The notes under the pieces: model-generated
Database searches by the model: none
The model's input: the letters and a program-made list of their open reading frames with translations, nothing else
What the model was told of the DNA's origin: nothing
DNA from: Meyerozyma guilliermondii
Taxonomy: Eukaryota
Assembly (NCBI GenBank): GCA_051546255.1
Contig: CP128821.1
Span: 248,001-312,000 of the forward strand
DNA: 64,000 nt
Direction of reading: 5' to 3'
Translations under genes and position numbers: made by a program
In this document: piece by piece, positions 28,944-39,192 of the stretch
Layout of the letters: the number at the start of each line of letters is the position of its first letter
How positions within the stretch are numbered: the first letter of the stretch is position 1

Positions 28944-31130
28944 ATGTTATACTCGGAAAAAATCGGCCTAAAGCGTACAGACCCCACAAGATGGAGGCTT
29001 AAGACAGACGAGTTGGGCCGTGAAACTTGGCACTATTTGTCTGAGGCAGAAAGCGCCCAATCTCCACAATCAAACTATGTCAAGCACCTTCTAAAGGTGG
29101 ATGGTTTTCCGACTCCAAAACCGGAAACCATTACTTCTCCATTGCAAGCGGCCGAGAAGGGTGCAGACTTTTTTCAGTTGTTACAAGAACCTTGTGGGAT
29201 ATTTCCTTGTCAATATAAGGGACCCATGTTCATTACCCCAGGTGTTGTCATCGCCAACTATTTCACCAAGACTGAGATCCCCGAGCCTTTTCGTATTGAA
29301 CTTTCTAGATTTCTCGTCAACTATGCCCACCCTGTCGATGGTGGATGGGGGCTTCATACGGAAGACAAATCTACAGCTTTTGGAACCACTATGAACTACG
29401 TCGTGTTGAGACTTTTGGGTATGGATGCCGACCACCCCGTATTAGTCAAGGCCAGAAAAACGTTACATAGGCTCGGAGGTGCGTTGGTAAACCCCCATTG
29501 GGGAAAGTCGTTTCTTGCTCTTCTCAGCTTGTATGAATGGGAAGGTGTCAATCCTACACCGCCAGAAATGTGGATGCTTCCCTACGAGTTCCCCATCCAC
29601 CCAGGTAGATGGTGGGTTCATACCAGGGCAATCTACTTGCCCTTGAGTTACCTTGCAGCCAACAGAATTCAGCGTGAATTGGATCCGCTCTTGAAAGCCA
29701 TCAGATCGGAAATTTATGTTCAACCATATGAGACTATCGATTTTTCCAAGCATAGAAACACTGTGTGTGGTGTCGATTTGTATTACCCTCATACAAAGGT
29801 TTTAGACGTTGCAAACTACATCATTGCCAAGTATGAAAAGTATATTCGTCCAAATTGGTTGTTGAAGAAGACCAATGAACGAGTATACGAGTTGATTCAA
29901 AAAGACTGTTACAACACCGACTATCTTACCATTGCTCCTCTTAGTTTTGCATTCGATATGATGACATGTTATGTCCATGAGGGTCCCGAATCGCATGCTT
30001 TCTCTCGGTATGTCGATAGAATGAATGATTCCATTTTCCATGGACCCGAAGGAATGACGGCTATGGGGACCAACGGAGTCCAGGTTTGGGACGTGGCGTT
30101 CATGATTCAGTACCTTTTCATGGCGGGACTTGCTGAAAAGCCCAAATTTCACGATATGATTCGCAGAGGGTTCATGTTTCTTGTTCGGTCTCAGTTTGAT
30201 AGCGAGTGTGCGGAAGGCAGTTTCAGAGATAAACGGAAAGGAGGTTGGCCCTTTAGTACCAAAACACAAGGTTATACGGTCAGTGACTGTACTGCAGAAG
30301 CATTAAAGGCGATTATCATGGTCAAAAATCATCCAACTTTCGCCGATATGAAAGACAAAATTCCCGATGAAAACTTGTACATGGCCATTGATTTGTTGCT
30401 TAGATTGCAAAATCGTGCCAGCATTGAACCTGGATCTTTTGCTGCCTATGAAGTCATCAGAGCAACACCATTGCTCGAAAAGCTCAACCCAGCTGAGGTC
30501 TTCAACAATATTATGGTGGAGTATCCATATGTTGAGTGCACGGATTCCGTTGTACTCGGTTTGACATATTTTGCAAAATACTACCCAGATTATAAAACAG
30601 ATCAGGTCAAGTTTGCTATTGAAAATGCTGTGAAATACATTGTTTCTGCTCAAAACCCTGACGGTTCTTGGTACGGATGCTGGGGTGTGTGCTTCACCTA
30701 TGCCTCCATGTTTGCCCTTGAAGCATTCTACACCGTTGGTCAAAGTTATAACACTTCGAAAAGCGTAAAGTTGGGATGTGAGTTTTTGATCTCAAGACAA
30801 AGAGAAGATGGTGGTTGGGGTGAGTCAATGAAGTCTTGTGAAACCCATACTTATGTCAATTCTGAGAAGTCATTGGTGGTGCAGACTGCTTGGGCGCTTA
30901 TTGGGTTAATCTTGGCAGATTATCCTGATCAAAAACCAATTGAAAAGGGAATAAAATTGTTGATGGATAGGCAATTACCTACTGGTGAGTGGAAGTTTGA
31001 AAGCGCAGAAGGTGTCTTCAATCACAGTTGTGCCATTGAATACCCATCTTATCGGTTTTTGTTCCCTATCAAAGCGTTAGGATTGTATGAAAAGAGATAT
31101 AAAGCTGGACTTACTAAACTTTATGATTAG
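28944..31130 (+). CDS. ERG7: Lanosterol synthase (2,3-oxidosqualene cyclase)
   Basis: MLYSEKIGL start, DGGWGLH, catalytic SDCTAE, QW repeats (QNPDGSW, QREDGGW), GVFNHSCAIEY. Confidence 0.97.
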   Translation: MLYSEKIGLKRTDPTRWRLKTDELGRETWHYLSEAESAQSPQSNYVKHLLKVDGFPTPKPETITSPLQAAEKGADFFQLLQEPCGIFPCQYKGPMFITPGVVIANYFTKTEIPEPFRIELSRFLVNYAHPVDGGWGLHTEDKSTAFGTTMNYVVLRLLGMDADHPVLVKARKTLHRLGGALVNPHWGKSFLALLSLYEWEGVNPTPPEMWMLPYEFPIHPGRWWVHTRAIYLPLSYLAANRIQRELDPLLKAIRSEIYVQPYETIDFSKHRNTVCGVDLYYPHTKVLDVANYIIAKYEKYIRPNWLLKKTNERVYELIQKDCYNTDYLTIAPLSFAFDMMTCYVHEGPESHAFSRYVDRMNDSIFHGPEGMTAMGTNGVQVWDVAFMIQYLFMAGLAEKPKFHDMIRRGFMFLVRSQFDSECAEGSFRDKRKGGWPFSTKTQGYTVSDCTAEALKAIIMVKNHPTFADMKDKIPDENLYMAIDLLLRLQNRASIEPGSFAAYEVIRATPLLEKLNPAEVFNNIMVEYPYVECTDSVVLGLTYFAKYYPDYKTDQVKFAIENAVKYIVSAQNPDGSWYGCWGVCFTYASMFALEAFYTVGQSYNTSKSVKLGCEFLISRQREDGGWGESMKSCETHTYVNSEKSLVVQTAWALIGLILADYPDQKPIEKGIKLLMDRQLPTGEWKFESAEGVFNHSCAIEYPSYRFLFPIKALGLYEKRYKAGLTKLYD

Positions 31131-31159
31131 GTTTGATTTCAAAATATAAAAGATGTTGG

Positions 31160-33109
31160 CTAGTCTATTCTGGGTTCAAGCAAAAGAGTTCCCATAGGAA
31201 TATCCGAATGCCCTTTGCTAAAAGCATACACCGGGTTACCACGCACAATGGTTTCGGTAACTCTACCCTGGAATTTCATACCATCATACGCCGTAAGCTT
31301 GTTTTTGAAGTACACCTCGTCGTTCTTGACAATATAAGATTCTTCTGGATTGAAAATCAAGAAATCGGCGTCGTATCCAACTGCAATCTTTCCTTTCCTG
31401 TGCGAGAGCCCAACCTGCTTGGAAGTGTTCCACGAGCACCAAGTGCTGATTTCTGCGAGAGTAATTGGTGGAGACAATTTCTGGCCCTCTGTGTAAAGAA
31501 TGGGAAGTCCAAACCCAACTGACGAAATACCACCCCATGCCGAGAAAAAATCACCTCTTTCCAAGCCCTTCAAGTCTGGTGTACATGGAGAATGATCCGA
31601 CACCACAGTCGAGATGATTCCTCTGCGCAATGCGTTCCACAATAGTTTTCTGTTAGAGTCGGTTCTAATGGGTGGGCAGCACTTGAAATGAGTTGAGCAA
31701 TTCGATATTTTTTCTGCAGTGAGAGACAAGTAGTGGAAGCATGTCTCTGCAGAAATAGGCAAGTTGCGAGCCTTTGCGGCCCTCAATAAAGGAATGGCCT
31801 CGTGTGTAGCCAAATGCACTATATGCATTGGAACAGTGGGCTCTTTAAGCGAACAATTGACGATTTCAGCGATAGCAGTGGTCTCAAAGTTGTCAGGACG
31901 AGAAGCCAAAAATGCAGCATAAGTAGTGGGGTCGATGTCTGCGAGCATCGAATCATCTTGCTGAGCAAGTAGGAGAGGTGTGTCAATTGTCGAGTCGTTT
32001 TTGAGATCTCTATAGTCTTTTCTGTTGAATGGAGACTCTCTTTCGTATTCTTCGTCTAACTCTTCGTGGTAGTTATGGTGGGCCATTTTTGCGTATTTTC
32101 CAAAGATTGGCTCGGAACCAACCAAGTATGGAGATTTGGCTAATGCTCGAGCCTGTTCATCAGATAATACCGAGTGGTTGATGGACCCAGCATGATTGTG
32201 AGGTAACTTACAATTTTCGTGGTCTTGCTGGTGTCTTCCTTTGTTCTCCGAAGCCAAGATTTTGACGACTCCTTGTGGAGCTCTATTGATAAACGATGCA
32301 GACATACCAAGGTCTATGTCATCAATTTCCTCGGTTACTTGTTGCACGTCCGATAACACAGGTGTTTCGTCCAGGGTCTGCTCATACTCATCGTCTTCGT
32401 CCAGTTCCAACAGAAACTCGGCGTGGAATTTTGCGTGTTCTTCGTTGGCTACTAACTTTGGAGTTCTTCCCTCGACTTCGTGCACCGAAAAAGCAGGTCC
32501 ATGGCGTCTGTGAGGTTGCATTTCGGCATGGAACATAAGAAGAGTAGGAAGACCACGAACTTTGGCCATGGCTTTCATGATATGTTTTGGGGTAATGGCT
32601 GGAAATTCGTCCACACCACTATCGATCATAAATGCTTTGAAACCACGAACACCCATGGAAATCAATGGAATTAGATGGTCAACATTAGTGGGAATCAAAC
32701 CACCCCAAAATCCGACATCCACCCAGGTTTGTCCACGAGCAGCATTGATTTTGAGATTGAAATTTGCAACCGTAGTGGTGGGAGGAATGGCATTTAACGG
32801 CATATCAATTACTGTGGTTACACCTCCAGACGCTGCGGCTTTGGTGCCAGTAGCAAAACCTTCCCATTCAGTTCTTCCAGGCTCGTTGAGATGAACATGA
32901 GCATCGACAATTCCTGGCATCACCACCAAAGGAGAAACATTTCTGTGGTCTGGTCTGAGAACATTGTAGAGACGTAATATGGGATCATCTTCATCAACCA
33001 CGCGGTTTTCGATGTGAAGAATTTTGCCTGACTCTATGGAAAATATGATGGTGGCTGGCACGAGGTCTGAGCCTAGGAGCACTTTTGTTGACGAAATCGA
33101 TCTTGACAT
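31160..33109 (-). CDS. DAL1: Allantoinase with a large internal insertion
   Basis: PGIVDAHVHLNEPGRTEWEGF, MFHAE, HIVHLA, ETCFHYL, FKCCPPIR, VVSDHSPC, AWGGISSVG. Confidence 0.93.
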   Translation of the reverse strand: MSRSISSTKVLLGSDLVPATIIFSIESGKILHIENRVVDEDDPILRLYNVLRPDHRNVSPLVVMPGIVDAHVHLNEPGRTEWEGFATGTKAAASGGVTTVIDMPLNAIPPTTTVANFNLKINAARGQTWVDVGFWGGLIPTNVDHLIPLISMGVRGFKAFMIDSGVDEFPAITPKHIMKAMAKVRGLPTLLMFHAEMQPHRRHGPAFSVHEVEGRTPKLVANEEHAKFHAEFLLELDEDDEYEQTLDETPVLSDVQQVTEEIDDIDLGMSASFINRAPQGVVKILASENKGRHQQDHENCKLPHNHAGSINHSVLSDEQARALAKSPYLVGSEPIFGKYAKMAHHNYHEELDEEYERESPFNRKDYRDLKNDSTIDTPLLLAQQDDSMLADIDPTTYAAFLASRPDNFETTAIAEIVNCSLKEPTVPMHIVHLATHEAIPLLRAAKARNLPISAETCFHYLSLTAEKISNCSTHFKCCPPIRTDSNRKLLWNALRRGIISTVVSDHSPCTPDLKGLERGDFFSAWGGISSVGFGLPILYTEGQKLSPPITLAEISTWCSWNTSKQVGLSHRKGKIAVGYDADFLIFNPEESYIVKNDEVYFKNKLTAYDGMKFQGRVTETIVRGNPVYAFSKGHSDIPMGTLLLEPRID

Positions 33110-33450
33110 GATGATAGGTAAAATACTTCGGAGTTTTTATGAGGAACTTTTGATATTAATTCAACCTTTAGTTATCTTTGTAGTTTTGGCAATTTCCTGT
33201 CAATCTTAGGTCTTTTCTGATCTTTTTCCTGACAGTCTTTGTCTTTATATAATGTGGTAGTCTCACTGTAATTAAGGTTTGAGCTATTACTAGTATATTA
33301 ATTCTCGATATTAATGATTCCAGGATCACTCTTGATATTCACTGACGTACCCCACGTTTACTGTTATCGGTGAAAACGACAGATCAAAACGCAAGTCCAA
33401 AAATTAACGGCGATGAAAAAAAATAAAAATAGGTGCAAACCGTCGCTGCC

Positions 33451-33662
33451 GATAAGAGTGAAAATTTCTTTTCCAGCTGAGAATCTGAAACAAGTAGATA
33501 AGGTCACTAAAAACAAAAGATTAGGAATTGAGTTCCACAACCACTTCAAAATGATCTAGGGACGGAAAGTTTTCACTTTATATGCTTTTCAAGCCCTTTT
33601 GCCGATCCAAGGCTGTACTCGGCATACCACTGTACCATGCAACCCTCTCGGGGATCTCCGAG
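33451..33662. promoter_or_regulatory. DAL1 upstream elements: two GATAAG sites and a CTCGG-N6-CCGAG Ppr1-type palindrome
   Basis: GATAAG at 33451-33456 and 33497-33502; CTCGGggatctCCGAG at 33647-33662. Confidence 0.6.
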
Positions 33663-33736
33663 CACATTTTTGCCGGAAGCGGAAATCTGTGCAGGACTAC
33701 AACAAGTTAGGATTTGAATATCAGTTCAAATAGTAC

Positions 33737-34900
33737 TTAATATACGATCAATTGCTTTCCTTGTTTGGAGTTTGCAACGGCATCTGTATAGACTTTAGCG
33801 AGATCGCTGCCGTCAAACTTGACCTCATTTGACTTTGCAACCTTCAATTGACCATTTTCGTACCATTCTACAATTTGGTCCAAAGATCTCTTTTTCAACT
33901 CAGGGTCGTTTTTCAACAATGCCGTAACCCAGAATCCGCTGCTGGTGACATTTTTGAAAATGTGCACTGCGGTGGGAATGATAACCGGTTGGAAAGACAT
34001 TCCTCCGTAGGTCAACATCAACCCATCTTGGCCAAGTTTCCGGGCCAATGCCGTGGCATTTTTTCCACCCACACAGTTCAATGCAAGCTTGACATCGCCG
34101 CCAGTTTCCTTGACCCATGATTTGACTTCGTTGGAGAAATCACGCAGCTCATTTTGCTCTTCTGTAATCACCTTATCTGCTCCGTATTCTTGTTGCAATT
34201 CGTCAACCAATGCTTGTAAATTGTCCCTGTCACGAACAACCCCTATCAAGTTGATGCCAAGGATCTTTGCAATCTGCGATACAAATTTACCCACGGCAGA
34301 ATTGGCTCCGTTTTGAACCACCCAATCCTTACCAGGTTGCAACTTTACATAGTGGGTCAACATGAGTAATGCTGTCAAAGGATTGACGCTGATGGTGGCT
34401 CCCTGGTCCACTGTCAACGAGTGTTTCTTACCAGCGTTCTTGCTTTGGGTGGGATTGTTCAATTTGGTCATTTTTTCAGAGGCACACAAAGCATGGGTTC
34501 TCCAGGTTCCAAAATTGACGGAGGTAGGAACACACCAGTCTCCCACTTTAAACTGAGATACGCCGCTACCGACCTTGATCACCTCAAACAATCCCTCGTT
34601 TCCTCCCACAGCAGCTGGTTCTGAAGTTCCAAGCTCTTTTGTCAACTCTGGTCTTGAAGGATACACACCTTGAACTTGGTTGATATCCGATGGATTGACG
34701 GGGGATCCTAAAGTTTTGACCACAATTGAGTCCGAAGGAACATTATCGTCGTCAATCTCGTACTTGTGAGTGAACAAGACATCTTTTGGTTCCCCATATT
34801 TGGAGTAGGCAACAGCTTGAGCAGTGATCATTGTTCTCGAAAAAGCTAATTGAGTGGCTACGGCTCTTTGGATTCCACCGTTTATGGATCTGTGCAACAT
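33737..34900 (-). CDS. ETR1: Mitochondrial 2-enoyl thioester reductase (MDR family)
   Basis: Presequence, MITAQAVAYS..GEPKDVL, PVNPSDINQVQGVYPS, GGNEG, QNGANSAVG, LTYGGMS. Confidence 0.95.
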   Translation of the reverse strand: MLHRSINGGIQRAVATQLAFSRTMITAQAVAYSKYGEPKDVLFTHKYEIDDDNVPSDSIVVKTLGSPVNPSDINQVQGVYPSRPELTKELGTSEPAAVGGNEGLFEVIKVGSGVSQFKVGDWCVPTSVNFGTWRTHALCASEKMTKLNNPTQSKNAGKKHSLTVDQGATISVNPLTALLMLTHYVKLQPGKDWVVQNGANSAVGKFVSQIAKILGINLIGVVRDRDNLQALVDELQQEYGADKVITEEQNELRDFSNEVKSWVKETGGDVKLALNCVGGKNATALARKLGQDGLMLTYGGMSFQPVIIPTAVHIFKNVTSSGFWVTALLKNDPELKKRSLDQIVEWYENGQLKVAKSNEVKFDGSDLAKVYTDAVANSKQGKQLIVY

Positions 34901-35096
34901 TCCCGGGTCAATTGCAATGCACTAATATGGTGGTTTAGTGTATTGAGGACTATACGAAAAGACTTCTCGTTTGCTAGTTGCTGACGATCAGTAAGCGTAC
35001 TGCATATTCACCGGGTACCTAAACTTTATCCGGTTCACTATAATCTATTCATAATAGTTAGACGACTATTCATAACAGTGCTAAGCTGCCGCCTTT

Positions 35097-35744
35097 CTAC
35101 TCGTCCTTCTTTTCCTTCAAATTTCTGGTCTGTAACTTCAATTTGGTGTTCTGGTACGTTCCCATAAAAAAGTATACCAAGTTGAAGAATACCACCCACA
35201 ATTGAGGAGGAATAAACGATTGTGCAATCACCAACAGAATACCCGACGTGACCAACGACGTCTTGAGGACCCGTTTGTATCCGTTCTTCAAACCTCCCTT
35301 CACAATGGTTGCGATCTTCTTGAGCTCGGTCACTGGATCGATGGCTAAGTCTTTTGGTGGCCGATAAACGTTGATAATTGACACCCACGCAGTAAATATA
35401 GCCGCCAATGTGGGCGTAATAGTGGACAACGACGTCAAAATCTGAAGAATCTTCATTTTCTTCGACAAGTTGGGGCCCTTGAAAACTTGATTCAAGACCG
35501 CGTACATGTTGTGCGAGATCGGGGTGACGATTAAAGCGCCATAGACTATCATAGTCAAGATTTTCGGACTGAAAACATGTTTCACCTTGCGTCCAGCGAT
35601 GGTGGTTTCACGGTACTCTCCTGAAAGCCCGGTGGAAATTGTCTCATTTAACCCTGCAAGAACCCCCGCGGTCACAGATTTGGTCAAGAGCGGATACGCC
35701 ACGAGATATTGGAGGTATTTTGTGTTGGCGGCTTTGAGGGACAT
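35097..35744 (-). CDS. Peroxisomal membrane protein, PMP22/Mpv17 family
   Basis: YLQYLVAYPLLTKSVTAG and AQSFIPPQLWVVFFNLVYFFMGTY signatures; ATG at 35744. Confidence 0.82.
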   Translation of the reverse strand: MSLKAANTKYLQYLVAYPLLTKSVTAGVLAGLNETISTGLSGEYRETTIAGRKVKHVFSPKILTMIVYGALIVTPISHNMYAVLNQVFKGPNLSKKMKILQILTSLSTITPTLAAIFTAWVSIINVYRPPKDLAIDPVTELKKIATIVKGGLKNGYKRVLKTSLVTSGILLVIAQSFIPPQLWVVFFNLVYFFMGTYQNTKLKLQTRNLKEKKDE

Positions 35745-35931
35745 GAAGCGATCGGCAAGAAATAATTTGATAAGAAGGCAGACGCGCGCGGTTTTGTAGC
35801 ACTGTGGTGCAGGACCCGAATCGGGCAATCGGTTGCGAAATCGGTTGCGAATTTCGCAGCCGATACCCCACATTTGAGTTGGTGATTGCAACATAATTTA
35901 AATTCACATATTATATAGAATTAAAAAATAA

Positions 35932-37857
35932 CTACTCAACGTGCGACACCTCAGTCTTGTCGTTCCACGCTTCGTTTGTAACAGCCAATCTGTGGTGGGC
36001 GTACAATGGAGGCAACTTGTCGACGTTCTGGCGCAAAATGTTTCTCTTAAATCCATTAAAAAAACTTCTGGTTTGGTAGGCCGCATGTTTTCTGAGTGGT
36101 ACATCAAACACCTCGTCCAATTCCTCCAAGGTCAAGCCCTTAGTTTCGGGAAGCAACCACAACACCAAGAAAAACCCAACAATATTCCATCCGGCATACC
36201 ACATAAAGGCACCAGTTGGGTGGAAGGCATTTTTCATTCTTGGCCACGAGAAAGCCAAAATAAAGTTGAAGAACCAACAGGTGGCAGTAGCGAACCCCAT
36301 ACCAAGGTCACGAATGTATAAGGGGAATGCTTCGGCGGAATAAGTGAATGGAACTGGACCTTCACCAGACGAGTAGACGGCAGAGAACAAGTAGATACCG
36401 AGAATAATCACGGCGTTCTTTCCTCTATCGTTATAGTCGATGGTGAAACCAGCACCAGTCATGATCAAAAAAATGGCCATCAAGGGGAAAGTGGTCAACA
36501 ACAAGTTTCTTCTTCCAAATTTATCAATGGTCAAAAATGCTGGAATAGCAAACACAAAGTTGATCATACCGAAACCCCACGAAGCAAGCATGGCAGAAAC
36601 TTCACCGAATCCTGCCTCGATGAAAATAGAAGACGAGTAGTAGGCAATAACGTTAATACCACAAAATTGTTGCATGAACATTACAACCCACGCACCAAGA
36701 GCACCATTTCTGTTTCTGCGAACGGTGAACATTTCAATCAAACGCTTGTAAGTAGGAACTCCGACATAAGAACCTTCTTCTTGAAGTAAAACAAATTGAT
36801 AAAACGTATCTCTGGCAGCTGCCATTTTTTCATGACGTAATTGGCACAAAGATTCAAATGCTTCCTTATGTCTACCCTTACCCATCAACCACCTGGGAGA
36901 TTCGGGTACGAATGGAATTTGGAAACAAACAATGACGGCAGGGATCATAGCTGAAGCCAACATTAAACGCCAGTTAAGTCCATCACCAATTCCACGATCC
37001 GGAACATAGTAAAATGCAAGGGTTGCAACATAACCAAACATGATACCCACGGCGGTGAAAAATTGCCATAACATCACCAAGGAACCACGAATATGTTTAG
37101 GGGTACACTCAGCAGCATAGGCAGGAACTGTGGCCGATTTAATACCAATACCGAATCCAAGCATGAAACGAGCGATGAATAAATGGTACCAATTGTTGAC
37201 GAAACCTTGCCAAAAACAAGTAATTGCAGAAATAAAACAGGTCCAGAAAATAGTGCCCTTTCTACCGATTTCTCTATTGATGAAATCACTCATCCAACAA
37301 GCGATAACAGCAGAACAAAGGTAAGGTGCACCATTGACCAAACCTTCGATAAGATCGGCATTTTTCATTTTGAAAACCAGTTTTCCATCCACCTTTTCGT
37401 ACAATCCGAAAGCAAGTGGATAGAAAAGAGTAGCACCATTAATAACAGACTCATCCATACCCTGGACAGCAGCAGCCATGGAACCCACAGCAATGACCTG
37501 AACCAATTTACTTGGAACGTGCCATTTCTTAGTAGCTTCTTGATGCAAGCCAATCTTTTCTTCTTCGGTCAAGAATGGCATAGAATTGAAATCTCCAGGA
37601 GATCTAGCCAAGGCAGCAGCCCTAGCAAAGTAATCGGCATCCAAGTCATGTTTCAAGGCGTAATTACGACCCATTTGCATCACCTGTTTTTCAGAATATT
37701 GTGATAAAATATTACCACGCTCTCCACCTCCAGCTTCCACGTTTCTGGAATGAGTGGAATCCACATCAGAAGTGTTCTTTTGTTTCTCAGCCACACTCGA
37801 GGAAGAACTGGTGTGCTCAAAGAGCCCATCTTGGTTGGGATTTGTTGGTTCTGTCAT
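35932..37857 (-). CDS. MFS sugar porter, polyol/inositol-type (HGT19-like)
   Basis: AAAVQGMDES, GIGIKSATVP, PESPRWL, MQQFCGINV, IDKFGRR, GEGPVPFTYSAEAFP, PETKGLTLEE. Confidence 0.88.
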   Translation of the reverse strand: MTEPTNPNQDGLFEHTSSSSSVAEKQKNTSDVDSTHSRNVEAGGGERGNILSQYSEKQVMQMGRNYALKHDLDADYFARAAALARSPGDFNSMPFLTEEEKIGLHQEATKKWHVPSKLVQVIAVGSMAAAVQGMDESVINGATLFYPLAFGLYEKVDGKLVFKMKNADLIEGLVNGAPYLCSAVIACWMSDFINREIGRKGTIFWTCFISAITCFWQGFVNNWYHLFIARFMLGFGIGIKSATVPAYAAECTPKHIRGSLVMLWQFFTAVGIMFGYVATLAFYYVPDRGIGDGLNWRLMLASAMIPAVIVCFQIPFVPESPRWLMGKGRHKEAFESLCQLRHEKMAAARDTFYQFVLLQEEGSYVGVPTYKRLIEMFTVRRNRNGALGAWVVMFMQQFCGINVIAYYSSSIFIEAGFGEVSAMLASWGFGMINFVFAIPAFLTIDKFGRRNLLLTTFPLMAIFLIMTGAGFTIDYNDRGKNAVIILGIYLFSAVYSSGEGPVPFTYSAEAFPLYIRDLGMGFATATCWFFNFILAFSWPRMKNAFHPTGAFMWYAGWNIVGFFLVLWLLPETKGLTLEELDEVFDVPLRKHAAYQTRSFFNGFKRNILRQNVDKLPPLYAHHRLAVTNEAWNDKTEVSHVE

Positions 37858-38296
37858 CACGGATAATTAGTAAATCCGGACTTTATATAGCGGATACGAG
37901 CTTTGAATCAAGTGCGTCAAGATTGCTATGCGAGAAAAAAATATTCGCCGCTAAGAAAAATGTCAACCCCGAGTTGTCGAAGAATGCTTGGTAAACAGCA
38001 AATATCGACCTCGAAATTATTCGGATAAAAATGTCACAATAAGCCAGTTAGAGGTTCCTAATAGTATTGGGAACACGTCTACTAGGATTCAAATTAATAG
38101 CGACAGACAGATCAAAAATAACTGAACACCTCTAAAGCTCACAGCTGACAAATGATAGCGACGGTGCGGGCTTTTATATAGTCCCACAATTTGACCGGGT
38201 TTGGCAACTTGCTGGGTTAACCTAATAAAGTCCGGCATATGGTGCGCATAATGCATGCGGCTCTGACAGACGCGATGCACAGCACCAGGGGACGCT

Positions 38297-39006
38297 CTCC
38301 AGAGGTGGGGTAGGTTTCTGGAGTACCCCGCCATTACGGCTGCGGAATTGACGGAAGCCGTATGCGATGTAGTCGAGATAAAGGCACGGCCACAAGTTCC
38401 TACAAGTAAAGCTGAAGCCAAAACTCCATGATAGAAATGGTGGGGCAGTCTCGTAAACCCCACACTGAACTTTTTTTTCCAGGCCATTTTCTGGAGTGAC
38501 CCTCCATAGACTTCCGTGCTGCACCATTACGTCATGATGTCTTGCTTGGCAGCTTACCAGCCCGAAAAATCGCGCGACACATCCAAACCTCACATAGTAA
38601 TTGCCCGAACTCTCAAGCCGTACACCAAACACCAGAATTACGTCGGTGAGTTCTCGGTGGATTTCGCCCAATTTACATGCATATATGGCGCATAATGGTA
38701 GCGGAGGCGTTGTTGGAGAAACGCTTGTGCGCCCAACAGTTGTGGAAAGACAAGAAAATAATAATGTAGAATGCACATCACAATACGCTTTAGAAAACTG
38801 ATCATTGGTGCAAACTTGCTGCAGATGATCCAAAAACTTGTACTATTTTTGGGACATTAAAATTTTTTCCGGCCGGATTTTTTAAGATCGATCGCAGCAC
38901 GATAATGTATGCTCGTGTACCCTCGTGTATGATCTCGAGATCTCGGCGACAATACAACTGAATAAATGCATAATGCATGCTTCCGTAATCATTCCTTTGC
39001 CGGGGT
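38297..39006. promoter_or_regulatory. Cluster of Mig1-type SYGGRG sites upstream of the polyol/sugar porter
   Basis: CTCCAG 38297, GTGGGG 38305, CTGGAG 38318, CCCCGC 38326, GTGGGG 38440, CCCCAC 38458, CTGGAG 38491, CCGGGG 39001. Confidence 0.5.
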
Positions 39007-39192
39007 AAAAGCACCCCATCAGCAACCTTGTGTGGAGAAGACAGCAATGTATACAGGCCGTGCATGAACTTTGAAGTATAATCCGGTGCAGGAAACTTGA
39101 CAGGGATCGGCATTCTACCGGCTGCAAAATGCTGCCGCTACTTTAAGCTCTGGCTACGTCATTGCTACGCTGTAATATTCTGTATTGTACTC

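Noticed and set aside
31945..32515. DAL1 insertion as an intein or retained intron
   Set aside because: No Cys/Ser...His-Asn intein termini, no homing-endonuclease motifs and no consensus splice signals were evident.
38089..39127. ORFs of 66-203 aa upstream of the polyol porter
   Set aside because: Mutually overlapping, no protein-like motifs; better explained as GC-richer promoter DNA.
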